DNA of 64,000 nucleotides from an uncultured Candidatus Saccharibacteria bacterium (GTDB lineage Bacteria > Patescibacteriota > Minisyncoccia > Phycocordibacterales > CAIZLB01). The notes beneath the pieces are model-generated. The model was not told the origin of the DNA and did not search any database. It was given only the letters and a program-made list of their open reading frames with translations. This document shows, one piece after another, positions 29,069 through 38,616 of this stretch. The translations under genes and the position numbers were made by a program. The stretch spans positions 1,625 to 65,624 of the forward strand of contig CAYXQC010000002.1 of the NCBI GenBank assembly GCA_964467385.1, in the 5' to 3' direction. Position 1 is the first letter of the stretch, and the number at the start of each line of letters is the position of its first letter.

Positions 29069-30163
29069 CTAATGTCGAGTTCTCGGGAGAGCGAGACCTA
29101 TAGCGGTCGCGTAATTTAATGAATCAAGCTGCTCAATTGGTGGAATCTCATCATCAAAAGACAACACATTAACCCAGACGTTCCCTACTTCAACGGGTAC
29201 TTTCAAAGAGAGGGCCATGTATTCTCTAAAACCAATGATCGACGAATCTCTACCTGCAAGTAAAACTTTAAACGCCTGCGCAGCAGCTTCACCTTTATTG
29301 TTTTTATCAACATGAGACAGCCAGTACATATATAAACGCTGAATCTCATCACGGAGAGCAGAAGCTACGTTTATAAGTGACATAAAGAATGTATTGTTCT
29401 CTTCCGTACGAACAAAACCTTTGTCTTGAATCATTTTTTCAGCATCATTTTTTGAGATAGAGTATTCTTTCGCAATTGCATTAGCAAAGTCATCACCACC
29501 TATATTTACTGTTGAAGTAAATTGTACAGCCTGATCATTTACAATTGATAGAACTGTTTTGTCTTTACCAATATTTACCACCAGATATGTCGAAGGGTCT
29601 CCTAAATCTATGATAGTTCGTGAGACTGCCTGATTTTCAATCAAAAATGAGACGGGGGTCATGCTACACTTTTCGAACAATTTGATTCGATCTTCGATTA
29701 CATTTCTTGGCACAACCGAAACCGAGGCAAAGTCTATCCCCTTTCGTACCTCACGTTTAATAATATGAAAATCAAAAACCGCATCAGCAAGTGCAATCGG
29801 TACATTTTCTTCAAGATGGAATTCGATATGATTCCGAGCTGCTTCAGGATCACCCGAAGGAATCTCTGTAGTAAACAAATAGGCTTTCTCTTCAGGTATA
29901 GAAACTTCCACGAAGTTAAATCTGTTTTCCGCTTGTACTGTTCGTAAGATACGTATAATTTCCTGATTGTCAGCCAAATGATCATCGACTGTGATAGGTG
30001 TTTTAAGTTCAACTGTTCCAAAACGTCCAAGCCTTAAGCCTTTGGCAGATTTTGTAAGTTCAACAAAACGAATTGCGTTAGTTGAAATATCAAATCCAAC
30101 ATGCGGCATGCCGATGTATCGAGGTGTTGGGAAATATCGGAGAACTGACTGAAGCAAATTCAT
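29069..30163 (-). CDS. pilM: type IV pilus assembly protein PilM (actin-like ATPase fold)
   Basis: 364 aa; an FtsA/PilM-like sequence heading the pilM/N/O order. Confidence 0.75.
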   Translation of the reverse strand: MNLLQSVLRYFPTPRYIGMPHVGFDISTNAIRFVELTKSAKGLRLGRFGTVELKTPITVDDHLADNQEIIRILRTVQAENRFNFVEVSIPEEKAYLFTTEIPSGDPEAARNHIEFHLEENVPIALADAVFDFHIIKREVRKGIDFASVSVVPRNVIEDRIKLFEKCSMTPVSFLIENQAVSRTIIDLGDPSTYLVVNIGKDKTVLSIVNDQAVQFTSTVNIGGDDFANAIAKEYSISKNDAEKMIQDKGFVRTEENNTFFMSLINVASALRDEIQRLYMYWLSHVDKNNKGEAAAQAFKVLLAGRDSSIIGFREYMALSLKVPVEVGNVWVNVLSFDDEIPPIEQLDSLNYATAIGLALPRTRH

Positions 30164-30210
30164 TGCTCACATTTTATCACAGGTTTATACAATGTCGCGA
30201 CGAAAAAAAA

Positions 30211-30663
30211 TTATCCAAGAATCGCACCTGGCTGAATATCAACAGATGGAGAAAAGAGTGCAAGCTTTTTTGAAGATGCATCTAAAGTTGAGCTTTCATT
30301 TGTTGAGAGGACATCTGCAGCAAGAATCATGGCCTGACTTTCCATACCGAGAATTGGCCGAGGTAAGAGATTTGTAACAAACACAAAGGAATTGTTAATC
30401 ATTTCCTCAGGAGAATAGGACTTTGCAATACCCGAGAGCACTTGTCGTGGAGCAGATTCACCAAAATCAACAGACAGCTTTAGGAGTTTTGGCGACTGTT
30501 CAACTTTTTCAGCTGATAGTATCTTCCCTACTCTCATTTCAACTTTGGTAAAATCATCAATTGAAATTTTAGGCTCTACCGATGGTGTCGCTGTTAGCGT
30601 CGTATTTTCATTATTAATATCTGTGTTATTTGTGCTATTTGTTTGATTTTGTTCAGTGTTCAT
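30211..30663 (-). CDS. tRNA-binding (CsaA/EMAP-like OB-fold) domain protein
   Basis: Motif string MRVGKILSAEKV...KLLKLSVDFG...VLSGI...Y.PEE. Confidence 0.65.
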   Translation of the reverse strand: MNTEQNQTNSTNNTDINNENTTLTATPSVEPKISIDDFTKVEMRVGKILSAEKVEQSPKLLKLSVDFGESAPRQVLSGIAKSYSPEEMINNSFVFVTNLLPRPILGMESQAMILAADVLSTNESSTLDASSKKLALFSPSVDIQPGAILG

Positions 30664-30697
30664 ATTTTTGAGTTTTTTATAAAATTTTGATGATAAT

Positions 30698-31159
30698 TTA
30701 ATGATTCATACGGTCTAAATAGCTTTGGAGGATAATAGCGGCGGCAGATGCATCTATCTTTTCATGTTCACCCTGAAATCGTGACGCCTGCATTGTACTC
30801 ATAACTTCCGGCTCAAAAGTAGTTTCAATACCAAATTCATCTTCGAGAAACTGTTTGAACTCGAACACATCTTTCATAATTTCATTATCTTCATTTTTAT
30901 AATTCTTAGAATACCCAACAACCACGAGCTCAATAAAATTTTCATCGCAGATTTTTCGAACCTCATAACAAGCGGTTTCTTTTGCTTTTTCTGATTCCCC
31001 ATTCTGAATAGTAGTGAGTGGAAAAGCAAACTTCTTGTTTTCATCAGAGATGGACACACCAATCCTTTTGGTGCCATAGTCTATACCCAGGTATTTATAT
31101 ACTCTATTTTCATTGTTTTCTTGCATATTGATGTGATTGTATTGCCTAGTGATCTGCAC
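30698..31159 (-). CDS. ruvX: Holliday-junction resolvase-like putative pre-16S rRNA nuclease RuvX/YqgF
   Basis: YKYLGIDYGTKRIGVSISD motif. The true start is probably the internal Met (MQENNEN...). Confidence 0.8.
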   Translation of the reverse strand: MQITRQYNHINMQENNENRVYKYLGIDYGTKRIGVSISDENKKFAFPLTTIQNGESEKAKETACYEVRKICDENFIELVVVGYSKNYKNEDNEIMKDVFEFKQFLEDEFGIETTFEPEVMSTMQASRFQGEHEKIDASAAAIILQSYLDRMNH

Positions 31160-31207
31160 TATATCATACAGTTGAAAAAATATCGGCTTTACTATATAGT
31201 CTTACGC

Positions 31208-31292
31208 GGAGGAGTCGCATAGTGGTTTAGTGCACCCGTCTTGAAAACGGGAGTGCCGCAAGGTACCGCGAGTTCGAATCTCGCCTCCTCCG
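31208..31292 (+). tRNA. tRNA-Ser (anticodon TGA), type II
   Basis: GGAGGAG acceptor, anticodon stem CCCGT/ACGGG with loop CTTGAAA, long variable arm, T-arm GCGAG-TTCGAAT-CTCGC, discriminator G. Confidence 0.85.
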
Positions 31293-31365
31293 CATTGACA
31301 ACCTGTTAGTAACGTGTTCTCATGTGCCTGACGTTTCAGTGCGACTCACGTGCCTACATGTTGTA

Positions 31366-31398
31366 CAAAATACCAGCAATTTCGCTGGTATTTTGTTT
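31366..31398 (+). terminator. terminator hairpin downstream of tRNA-Ser
   Basis: aaataccagc-aatttc-gctggtatttt. Confidence 0.55.
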
Positions 31399-31438
31399 GT
31401 ATAAACGATAAAAGCTTTTAAAGCCTAAAAATGATAAG

Positions 31439-33214
31439 ATGCCTATTAATATGGATGGAAAACAAATTTATCAATCAAAATACTCCAATAGTTGGGCACT
31501 AGTTATAGGCATCAATAAATATCATCATGCCTCTCCTTTGGGTTATGCTACCAATGATGCCACAGCCGTAGCTGAAACATTAGAAAAGAAATTCGGTTTT
31601 CCAAAAGAAAACATAACACTCTTGTTGGACGATAATGCGACAAAAGATGAGATTATAAAATCTTTTCTTGAATACACAAATAAAACTAGCTCTGATGATC
31701 GCATATTAGTTTTCTATGCAGGCCACGGACACACACTTCTTGGTAAGCGTGGAGAAGTTGGCTTTCTCGTTCCAGTTGATGGCAGACCAACTGAAATGGA
31801 AAGTTTAATGAGATGGGATGAATTTACCCGAAATGCAGATTTGGTTCCTGCAAAACATATTTTCTTTTTGATGGATGCTTGTTATGGAGGTCTGGCATTT
31901 TTAAGAAGTCCGGCCTTCGGTAATATGCGTTTTCTTGGCGATATGCTCCAGCGTTATGCTCGCCAAGTATTGACCGCAGGTAAAGCTGATGAGACTGTTG
32001 CTGACGGAAATGGCGTCCGTCCTGGACATTCAATTTTTACTGCACACCTACTCGATGCCCTTGAAGGTGCTGCTGCAACTCAAGAAGGAATTATCACCGC
32101 TAACGGTGTCATGGCCTACGTATACGATCGAGTTGGACGGGATGAATACTCTCATCAAACTCCGCATTACGGTTTCATCGAAGGTGATGGTGATTTTATT
32201 TTCGACACCTCAGTTTTGGATAAATTGAGAACTTCTGATACCGAATCATCTTCTGAGGCAAAGGAGGGTGAGAAAGGAGAAAAAGATATTCTTATCAATA
32301 CTTCTCCTGAATTGGTGATTAAAGACAAAGCGGAATCAAAAGTTTCTGTGGCTGAAACGATGAAAGATCTCCTGTCTGATCCATCAAAAAAAATAAAGCT
32401 TGATGATTACGTATCTTTTCATGTTAGAAAATTTTTAGACGCAACCGATCTTCGACATTTTCCTGTTCAAGGCTCAGGGGTACAAAAGGAAGAATTTATT
32501 GAGCGTTTGAATAAATATGAGGAGCTTTCAAAAGATCTTCAGCAGATTGTGATTCTGCTTTCAAAATGGGGCAACAAGGATCAATTGCAGTTGCTTGAAA
32601 AAATATTTACAAGATTGGCGGAGACTGATAAGGGTTCTTCAGGCTTGGTTTTGTGGCTCAACTTCAGCTGGTATCCTATACAACTATTGATGTATTGTGT
32701 GGGAATTGCCGCTCTCGGATCAAAAAATTATGAAGCATTGAAGGTATCATTATTGACCCTTGTTAAAGAAGAAAATTTAGAAAAGCAGGTTCCGATAATC
32801 ATTCCGATGGGAAGCAACATGTCGAGGATTCATGATAGTTTCAAGTGGCTTCCCGGGCATGATCGACATTACGTTCCACGAAGCGAATACCTCTTTAAGG
32901 CTTTACAGCCCGTGATAGAAGATTTATTATTTGTTGGCAAAAGTTACGAAGCTTTATTCGATAAATTCGAGATTATCGTGGCACTTACATATGCAGATGT
33001 TATGAATAGCGATTGGGGTCCTGTCGGTAGATTCGGATGGAAACACAGTAGAGGCTATGGAATAAGTCCAGTCGCAGCTCTCATAGAAGAAGCAAAAAAT
33101 GATAAAGATAATTGGGACCTGTTAAAGGCAGGAATGTTCAATAAGTCCTCATCGAGATTTATTGAAATCGCTGAAAAATATCAAGAGAGATTAAATAAAC
33201 TAGGTTGGTGGTAA
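31439..33214 (+). CDS. caspase-like (peptidase C14) protease fused to ~330-aa uncharacterised C-terminal domain
   Basis: N-terminal ALVIGINKY, a catalytic His in VFYAGHGH (nt ~31724) and a catalytic Cys in LMDACYGG (nt ~31880). The C-terminal half has no recognisable domain. Confidence 0.75.
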   Translation: MPINMDGKQIYQSKYSNSWALVIGINKYHHASPLGYATNDATAVAETLEKKFGFPKENITLLLDDNATKDEIIKSFLEYTNKTSSDDRILVFYAGHGHTLLGKRGEVGFLVPVDGRPTEMESLMRWDEFTRNADLVPAKHIFFLMDACYGGLAFLRSPAFGNMRFLGDMLQRYARQVLTAGKADETVADGNGVRPGHSIFTAHLLDALEGAAATQEGIITANGVMAYVYDRVGRDEYSHQTPHYGFIEGDGDFIFDTSVLDKLRTSDTESSSEAKEGEKGEKDILINTSPELVIKDKAESKVSVAETMKDLLSDPSKKIKLDDYVSFHVRKFLDATDLRHFPVQGSGVQKEEFIERLNKYEELSKDLQQIVILLSKWGNKDQLQLLEKIFTRLAETDKGSSGLVLWLNFSWYPIQLLMYCVGIAALGSKNYEALKVSLLTLVKEENLEKQVPIIIPMGSNMSRIHDSFKWLPGHDRHYVPRSEYLFKALQPVIEDLLFVGKSYEALFDKFEIIVALTYADVMNSDWGPVGRFGWKHSRGYGISPVAALIEEAKNDKDNWDLLKAGMFNKSSSRFIEIAEKYQERLNKLGWW

Positions 33215-33216
33215 GT

Positions 33217-34563
33217 TTATTCATTTTCTTTTTCTTCTTTTAGTAAGGTAATCTTCTTGTCGTTCAGCACGAGCCTTGAGCGCAGATGTCCCATGAGCTC
33301 TCGTTTTTCTATCGCCGTTCCTTCACGTAGCACATACTTGGCATACTCCCTCGTCGCCACTTCATTCTCGTCGATCTTGAACTTCGGACTGCCTTTGCTC
33401 GCAAGTCTCTGCAGTCTGTTGAACTTCTTAATTTCTTCCTCTAGCTTCATCCTCATGCCAAGCTCGTTGATGTTCACGATATCGATCACTTTCAGTAGTT
33501 CCTCGATTAGCTCCTCCTCTCTTACGTATTTATTCTTGCAGTTTCGATCTTTCGACTTCGAGCAGGAGTAGTAGATGTATTTGGCGTTGGTGCCGTCTTT
33601 CAGTTCCTTGTATTTCTCCTGCGCCGTGATGCCCGACTCACACATCCCACAGGTGAAAAGCTTGGTGAAAGCGAACTCTCGGTTTTCTCGCACGATCTTG
33701 TCTCGCTTCAATCGCTCCTGCACTTTCTTGAAGAGTTCCTCGGATATGATCGGCTCGTGCTTTCCGTGGTAGAAGAGTCCACTGTTTCTCGGAAACTCAA
33801 AGATACCGTAGTAGAAGGGATTTTGGAGCGTGCGATATACGCCCGCAAGAGTGAGTGACTTGTTTCCTCTGGTGTAGAAATTCAAATCGAACTTGAGCCA
33901 GTTGTATACCTTTCTTCCGCTCCACTCATCGTATGCTACTTTCTCGAATATCTGCTTCATGATCGGCGCACGATCTGGGTCGACCGCCACTTGGCATTTC
34001 TTGTCGAACTGTTTCTGATTGAGATATCCCAAAGGTGCCATTCCAGGCCAGAGTCCCATCTCCACTCTTGTTCTAAGTCCTCGCTTGACGTTGATGCCTC
34101 GGTTGTCATTCTCCAACTTTGCTTGGCTACACAAAATCATCAGCATGAACTTGTCATTTGGGGAGTTTGTGAATTGCTGACCGTACGTTCGTATGTCCTT
34201 CAGCACGTTCGCATCCATGAGGTCGATCACTTTTCCGAGGTCTCCTGCATTTCTAGATATTCGGTCTGGTGCCCATGTCAGAATCCCATTGAACTTCTTC
34301 TGCTTGATCTCCTCGACGATCTCGTTGAAGACTGGTCGTTGCCCAGTTTCCTTTGCCGAGTGTGATTCTCGCTTCATCGTCACGATCTCCAACCCCTCTC
34401 GTTCGGCAAGTTTCAGCATCTCACTGATCTGGCTGTCGATCGAGAGGACTTGTCGTTCCTCCGATTCCGTTGATTTTCTCGCGTAAAGGCAGTACTTCAC
34501 TGGCACTACCTTTGCCGGAGCCTTTTGGGGCAGCTCCGAAGGCCCTTGTGGTGCTTGATACAT
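33217..34563 (-). CDS. large serine recombinase (integrase), GC-rich
   Basis: Resolvase domain YARKSTESEERQ..SIDSQ, a recombinase domain, and a zinc ribbon (CGMCES...YYSCSK). Its stop is 2 nt from the caspase gene stop. Confidence 0.85.
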   Translation of the reverse strand: MYQAPQGPSELPQKAPAKVVPVKYCLYARKSTESEERQVLSIDSQISEMLKLAEREGLEIVTMKRESHSAKETGQRPVFNEIVEEIKQKKFNGILTWAPDRISRNAGDLGKVIDLMDANVLKDIRTYGQQFTNSPNDKFMLMILCSQAKLENDNRGINVKRGLRTRVEMGLWPGMAPLGYLNQKQFDKKCQVAVDPDRAPIMKQIFEKVAYDEWSGRKVYNWLKFDLNFYTRGNKSLTLAGVYRTLQNPFYYGIFEFPRNSGLFYHGKHEPIISEELFKKVQERLKRDKIVRENREFAFTKLFTCGMCESGITAQEKYKELKDGTNAKYIYYSCSKSKDRNCKNKYVREEELIEELLKVIDIVNINELGMRMKLEEEIKKFNRLQRLASKGSPKFKIDENEVATREYAKYVLREGTAIEKRELMGHLRSRLVLNDKKITLLKEEKENE

Positions 34564-34640
34564 TGGTTTCCTTGTTATTTATCTATTAATCCCTACAAAC
34601 ACAAGGAATGACGCAAGTCGCCGAGGAAGTCTAGGGCGTC

Positions 34641-34976
34641 TCATGTCCTATCTGTTGGCAACTCAAAAGGGTCGAAGGTTGCTATTTCTTTCCTCATTTT
34701 CTCGAAGTCTCTGAAAACCCTGTTGTATATCCTGATCACTTTTCCCTTACGCTTCTTGGTGTCACCACTTTCAAGAAAATCGACGAGATCGTCGTCGATG
34801 AAGGAGGCGAGGGAAATATATGAAGCGACCAGTAATCTGATCCGCTCCTTGATTGCCATCTTTAAATGTAGCTTGGATTCAGGCAGTTTCGACATACGGT
34901 TAAAAGGCGTAGAGCCTGTCGGCTCATGATATTTGAAATGCTTTGAGGCATCTATGATTGCTTCGATGTCGTCCAC
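34641..34976 (-). CDS. small hypothetical protein upstream of recombinase (possible regulator/RDF)
   Basis: 111 aa ORF with elevated GC, co-oriented with the recombinase gene. Confidence 0.35.
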   Translation of the reverse strand: MDDIEAIIDASKHFKYHEPTGSTPFNRMSKLPESKLHLKMAIKERIRLLVASYISLASFIDDDLVDFLESGDTKKRKGKVIRIYNRVFRDFEKMRKEIATFDPFELPTDRT

Positions 34977-35102
34977 CCTTTAATTGATGACGCTGATACC
35001 CGAGGGAGTCTAGCTATTGGTAAGTCGGACTACACAAAAAATCGAATGTAAGCTAGGGTTCAAACAGCTTCGAATAAAGCCATTTTATGTTAAAATCATT
35101 TT

Positions 35103-36083
35103 ATGAATGAAAAAGCTCCAGAAATACTACCGACCATGGAATTACCTAGCATTTTGCCGGAAGAGCAAGCGGAGGAGTATTTAGTTCGAATCACTGATCT
35201 TATCTATAAAGAAAAGTATGGCGGAGAAGCGACGTTTATTTTTGAAAAAGGAATGAATATTCATGCCGACCCTCTTTATCAAGAACATTTGAAATTGGCT
35301 TTGCAAATGGTGGCAACAGCGTCTTTACAGCCAAAAGAAAAGTTTTCTGATGAAAAAAATCAACAGACGTTAGAATCGATTAAAAAAATACTTACTTCCG
35401 CAGCAAATGTATCAATGATAAAAGAGGAAGGAAGAATTTCTTTTGGGCATACCAATACAGAACGGCCATTTTCCGGAAAAACTACAAAAACTGACAATAT
35501 CCCTTATTCTCATTCATTATTCGGTGTGGGAGTTGACTCGCATGAAGCGATAGAATATCTCAAAGGCCTTGTGAAAAATAAAGTAGTGTATCTTTTGGGC
35601 GGGGGCAATTCTGTCCAAGATATTCTCCATTCGGAGGATCTTGCCCCTAAACAGGTGGTGAACATTGATCCCTTTATTGAAGTAGAGCCGATGAGTAAAG
35701 GAAAAAATAATAATTACATTTCAATTGGCACTAATGCTGAGGATCCAGTATCTGTACGCAATGAGCTTAAAAAACATCAAATTGAACAGGCTGATGAAAT
35801 TTGGGCTTCTTATTCTGTACCATATTACCTAAGTACCCCTGAAGAAATTGCTGGCTTGTTTGATACGATAAAGCAATCGCTCGCAGAAAATGGTATTGCA
35901 CGGATCACTCCTATCGCCATGCAGGGCAACGACAAAGAATTATTTGAAAAATCAAAAGAGGAATTCATGAATCAAATACAATCGCTTTTATCGTCTCCTG
36001 AATATAATGTCTATGTAACTTCTAGCACCGCAGGATCAACTTTATTTATTGAAAAGCTGCCTCAAAAAACACATGAAGAATAA
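35103..36083 (+). CDS. hypothetical protein
   Basis: 326 aa ORF whose 3' end overlaps the ATPase gene start. Confidence 0.4.
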   Translation: MNEKAPEILPTMELPSILPEEQAEEYLVRITDLIYKEKYGGEATFIFEKGMNIHADPLYQEHLKLALQMVATASLQPKEKFSDEKNQQTLESIKKILTSAANVSMIKEEGRISFGHTNTERPFSGKTTKTDNIPYSHSLFGVGVDSHEAIEYLKGLVKNKVVYLLGGGNSVQDILHSEDLAPKQVVNIDPFIEVEPMSKGKNNNYISIGTNAEDPVSVRNELKKHQIEQADEIWASYSVPYYLSTPEEIAGLFDTIKQSLAENGIARITPIAMQGNDKELFEKSKEEFMNQIQSLLSSPEYNVYVTSSTAGSTLFIEKLPQKTHEE

Positions 36084-38541
36084 ATATGCGCATTTAAGCA
36101 TCCAAGAAATCCTTACCCATTTAAAAACTCAATTCTCGGGTCTTTCGAGTGAAGATGTTTCTACTAGACTTAAGGAAAAAGGATATAACGAATTGTCTTC
36201 CAAGCGGACGAGTGTCGTGAGGAAATTCATTGAGCAATATTCAAATTTTTTGATGGCACTTCTCATCTGCGGATCCCTCGTCTCCTTCGTCCTCGGAGAA
36301 GCGACTGATGGCACGGTCATCCTACTTATCTTGTTAGTAAACGGAATATTGGGTACCTATCAGGAATATCGAGCTGAGCGATTAGCTGAAGTGCTTCAAT
36401 CACATATACCCCAGAGAGTACGAGTAAGAAGGAACGGGGCTGAGGAAACAATAGACAGAAAGAATCTGGTATACGGAGACGTTATTCTTCTTACAAGCGG
36501 ACAGCTAGTACCAGCGGATGCGTGCGTTATCGATACTAAAGGAGTAATTGTTGATGAGTCTATCCTGACAGGGGAATCAATTGGGGTTTCGAAAGAGCTT
36601 AAAGGAATTGTATACAGCAGTACTCTTGTATGTGACGGAGCATGTGAAGCCGTAGTGACTGCTACTGCTTCCGAGACCGAGTTTGGGCAGATCGTTTCTT
36701 TCACTCATCATTCAAAAAAGAGAAGTTCTTTCTTGAAGCAGATCAATGAGCTTTCCAATTTCCTTTTTAAGATTACGATATTTATCACCGCACTTTTGTT
36801 CATTGCGCTTGAGATCTTTCGTCCCGAATTAGGCATCAATCATATCTTTCTTTTTACGGTTGCTATGGCTATTGCCATCGTGCCTGAGATGCTTCCACTT
36901 ATCTCAACACTTGCTCTTACACGTGCATCCCTAGCTTTGGTTAAAAAAGGAGTGCTCATCAAAAGATTGTCTTCGCTTGAGGATATGGGAGGGGTGGAAA
37001 TCATATGCACCGACAAGACAGGAACACTCACCAAGAACCTACTTTCGGTAACTGATATCGTTTCTGCTGACTCTGAAAGATGTTTGGCAGCGGCCCTTGT
37101 CGCTTCGGAGGAAATTCAAAACACTGAGACATTCTTTTCTGGATCATTTGATGTGGCGCTGTGGAATTATGCTACCGAAAGCCTGCAGCAAAAAGCGAGA
37201 GAAATGAAAAAGATATTCAGCAGTTCATTTGATTTTAACTATAAATGGCGTTTTACTGTCTCTTCTAATGACAATCATAATATTCGCTTGTTCATCAAAG
37301 GTGCTCCAGAGAGCGTCCTTAGTCAATGTCTCGTTTCAGAAGATGATAAAAAGAAGCACTTGGAGGATATAAAAAGATTAGGTGAACGAGGTCTTAGAAC
37401 CTTGGTGATAGCGGAGAAAAAAATTGAAGTGAAGGAAGAATATACTAGTGCGGAGGTATCAGGCTTAGAATATCTCGGCTATGTTGTTTTCGAGGATCCA
37501 GTAAAAGAAAGTGCCTCTATCACTCTTGCACGATCGGAAGAGTTGGGCCTTAAGATTAAAATTATTACTGGGGATGCTTCGGAAGTTGCCCTTCATGTTG
37601 CTGAAAAAGTAGGCATGAAAGTATTATCTGAGGAAATAATGCTTGGTTCTGATGTCGAAGAGATTGAGGAATCCAGAAGATACGATGCCTTGAAGCATAT
37701 AAAGATATTCGCGCGGGTAAGTCCCAAGGAAAAATTTGAGATCATCAGGGTTCTTTCGCTACATCATGCCGTCCTTTTCCTGGGGGAAGGGGTGAATGAT
37801 GCGCCAGCGCTTAAAAGCGCGGATGTAGGAATGGTCGTTCAGGAGGCTTCGGATATCGCAAAAGAAAGTGCTGATATTATTCTTACCAAACCTGATCTTT
37901 CTGTAGTTATCGAAGCAATCTATCTTGGAAGACAAATCATGAATAATATTAGCAAGTACATCCTCATTACCCTGACGGGAAATTTCGGTAGTCTTTATTC
38001 TCTTTCTCTCATATCGATCGTTTCAAAAACATTACCTCTTTTACCAACTCAAGTTTTGCTTGAAAACATTCTGACTGATGTCCCTATGATAAGCACCGTT
38101 AACTCTCCCATTTCAAAAAGTGAAGAAAGCAAGCCTGTGCGTCAGCATATAAAGGATATCTGTATTGCATCATCAATCTTCGGATTTGCTATTCTTCTTA
38201 TCCAATTTGTCTTCTATAATCTATTTTCACATTTGCCTGAGGATCTTTTCAGAACTATTTGGCTCATAGAGATCATCCTATTTGAATTCATGCTTATTGT
38301 CTCACTTCGGACTACTTTCTGGTTTTGGAAAGCACCTCCCCTCAGACCTGGGACGAGTGTCTTCTTTTTATTTGTTGTAGCGTTCACGGTCTTAATGCCT
38401 TTCATTCCTTACATAAACAACGCATTTCATCTACAGCCATTCGGGTTTGAATACGTATTTCCAATCGTGGCAACCATCATCTCTGGATTTATCATTATTG
38501 AAATAATGAAAAGAATGGTATTCGCAAAATCACTTCGTTGA
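36049..38541 (+). CDS. cation-transporting P-type ATPase (P2-like); true start probably ATG 36073
   Basis: Cation_ATPase_N at the N-terminus, then ICTDKTGTLT, TGDASEVA and GEGVNDAPAL, plus TM helices. Confidence 0.85.
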   Translation: MKSCLKKHMKNKYAHLSIQEILTHLKTQFSGLSSEDVSTRLKEKGYNELSSKRTSVVRKFIEQYSNFLMALLICGSLVSFVLGEATDGTVILLILLVNGILGTYQEYRAERLAEVLQSHIPQRVRVRRNGAEETIDRKNLVYGDVILLTSGQLVPADACVIDTKGVIVDESILTGESIGVSKELKGIVYSSTLVCDGACEAVVTATASETEFGQIVSFTHHSKKRSSFLKQINELSNFLFKITIFITALLFIALEIFRPELGINHIFLFTVAMAIAIVPEMLPLISTLALTRASLALVKKGVLIKRLSSLEDMGGVEIICTDKTGTLTKNLLSVTDIVSADSERCLAAALVASEEIQNTETFFSGSFDVALWNYATESLQQKAREMKKIFSSSFDFNYKWRFTVSSNDNHNIRLFIKGAPESVLSQCLVSEDDKKKHLEDIKRLGERGLRTLVIAEKKIEVKEEYTSAEVSGLEYLGYVVFEDPVKESASITLARSEELGLKIKIITGDASEVALHVAEKVGMKVLSEEIMLGSDVEEIEESRRYDALKHIKIFARVSPKEKFEIIRVLSLHHAVLFLGEGVNDAPALKSADVGMVVQEASDIAKESADIILTKPDLSVVIEAIYLGRQIMNNISKYILITLTGNFGSLYSLSLISIVSKTLPLLPTQVLLENILTDVPMISTVNSPISKSEESKPVRQHIKDICIASSIFGFAILLIQFVFYNLFSHLPEDLFRTIWLIEIILFEFMLIVSLRTTFWFWKAPPLRPGTSVFFLFVVAFTVLMPFIPYINNAFHLQPFGFEYVFPIVATIISGFIIIEIMKRMVFAKSLR

Positions 38542-38616
38542 CTTTCGTCCCGCCAAAGTGTTTTATGTTCATAATAATTAAATTATAAGCTTAATTTTGC
38601 TACAATACTCTATATT

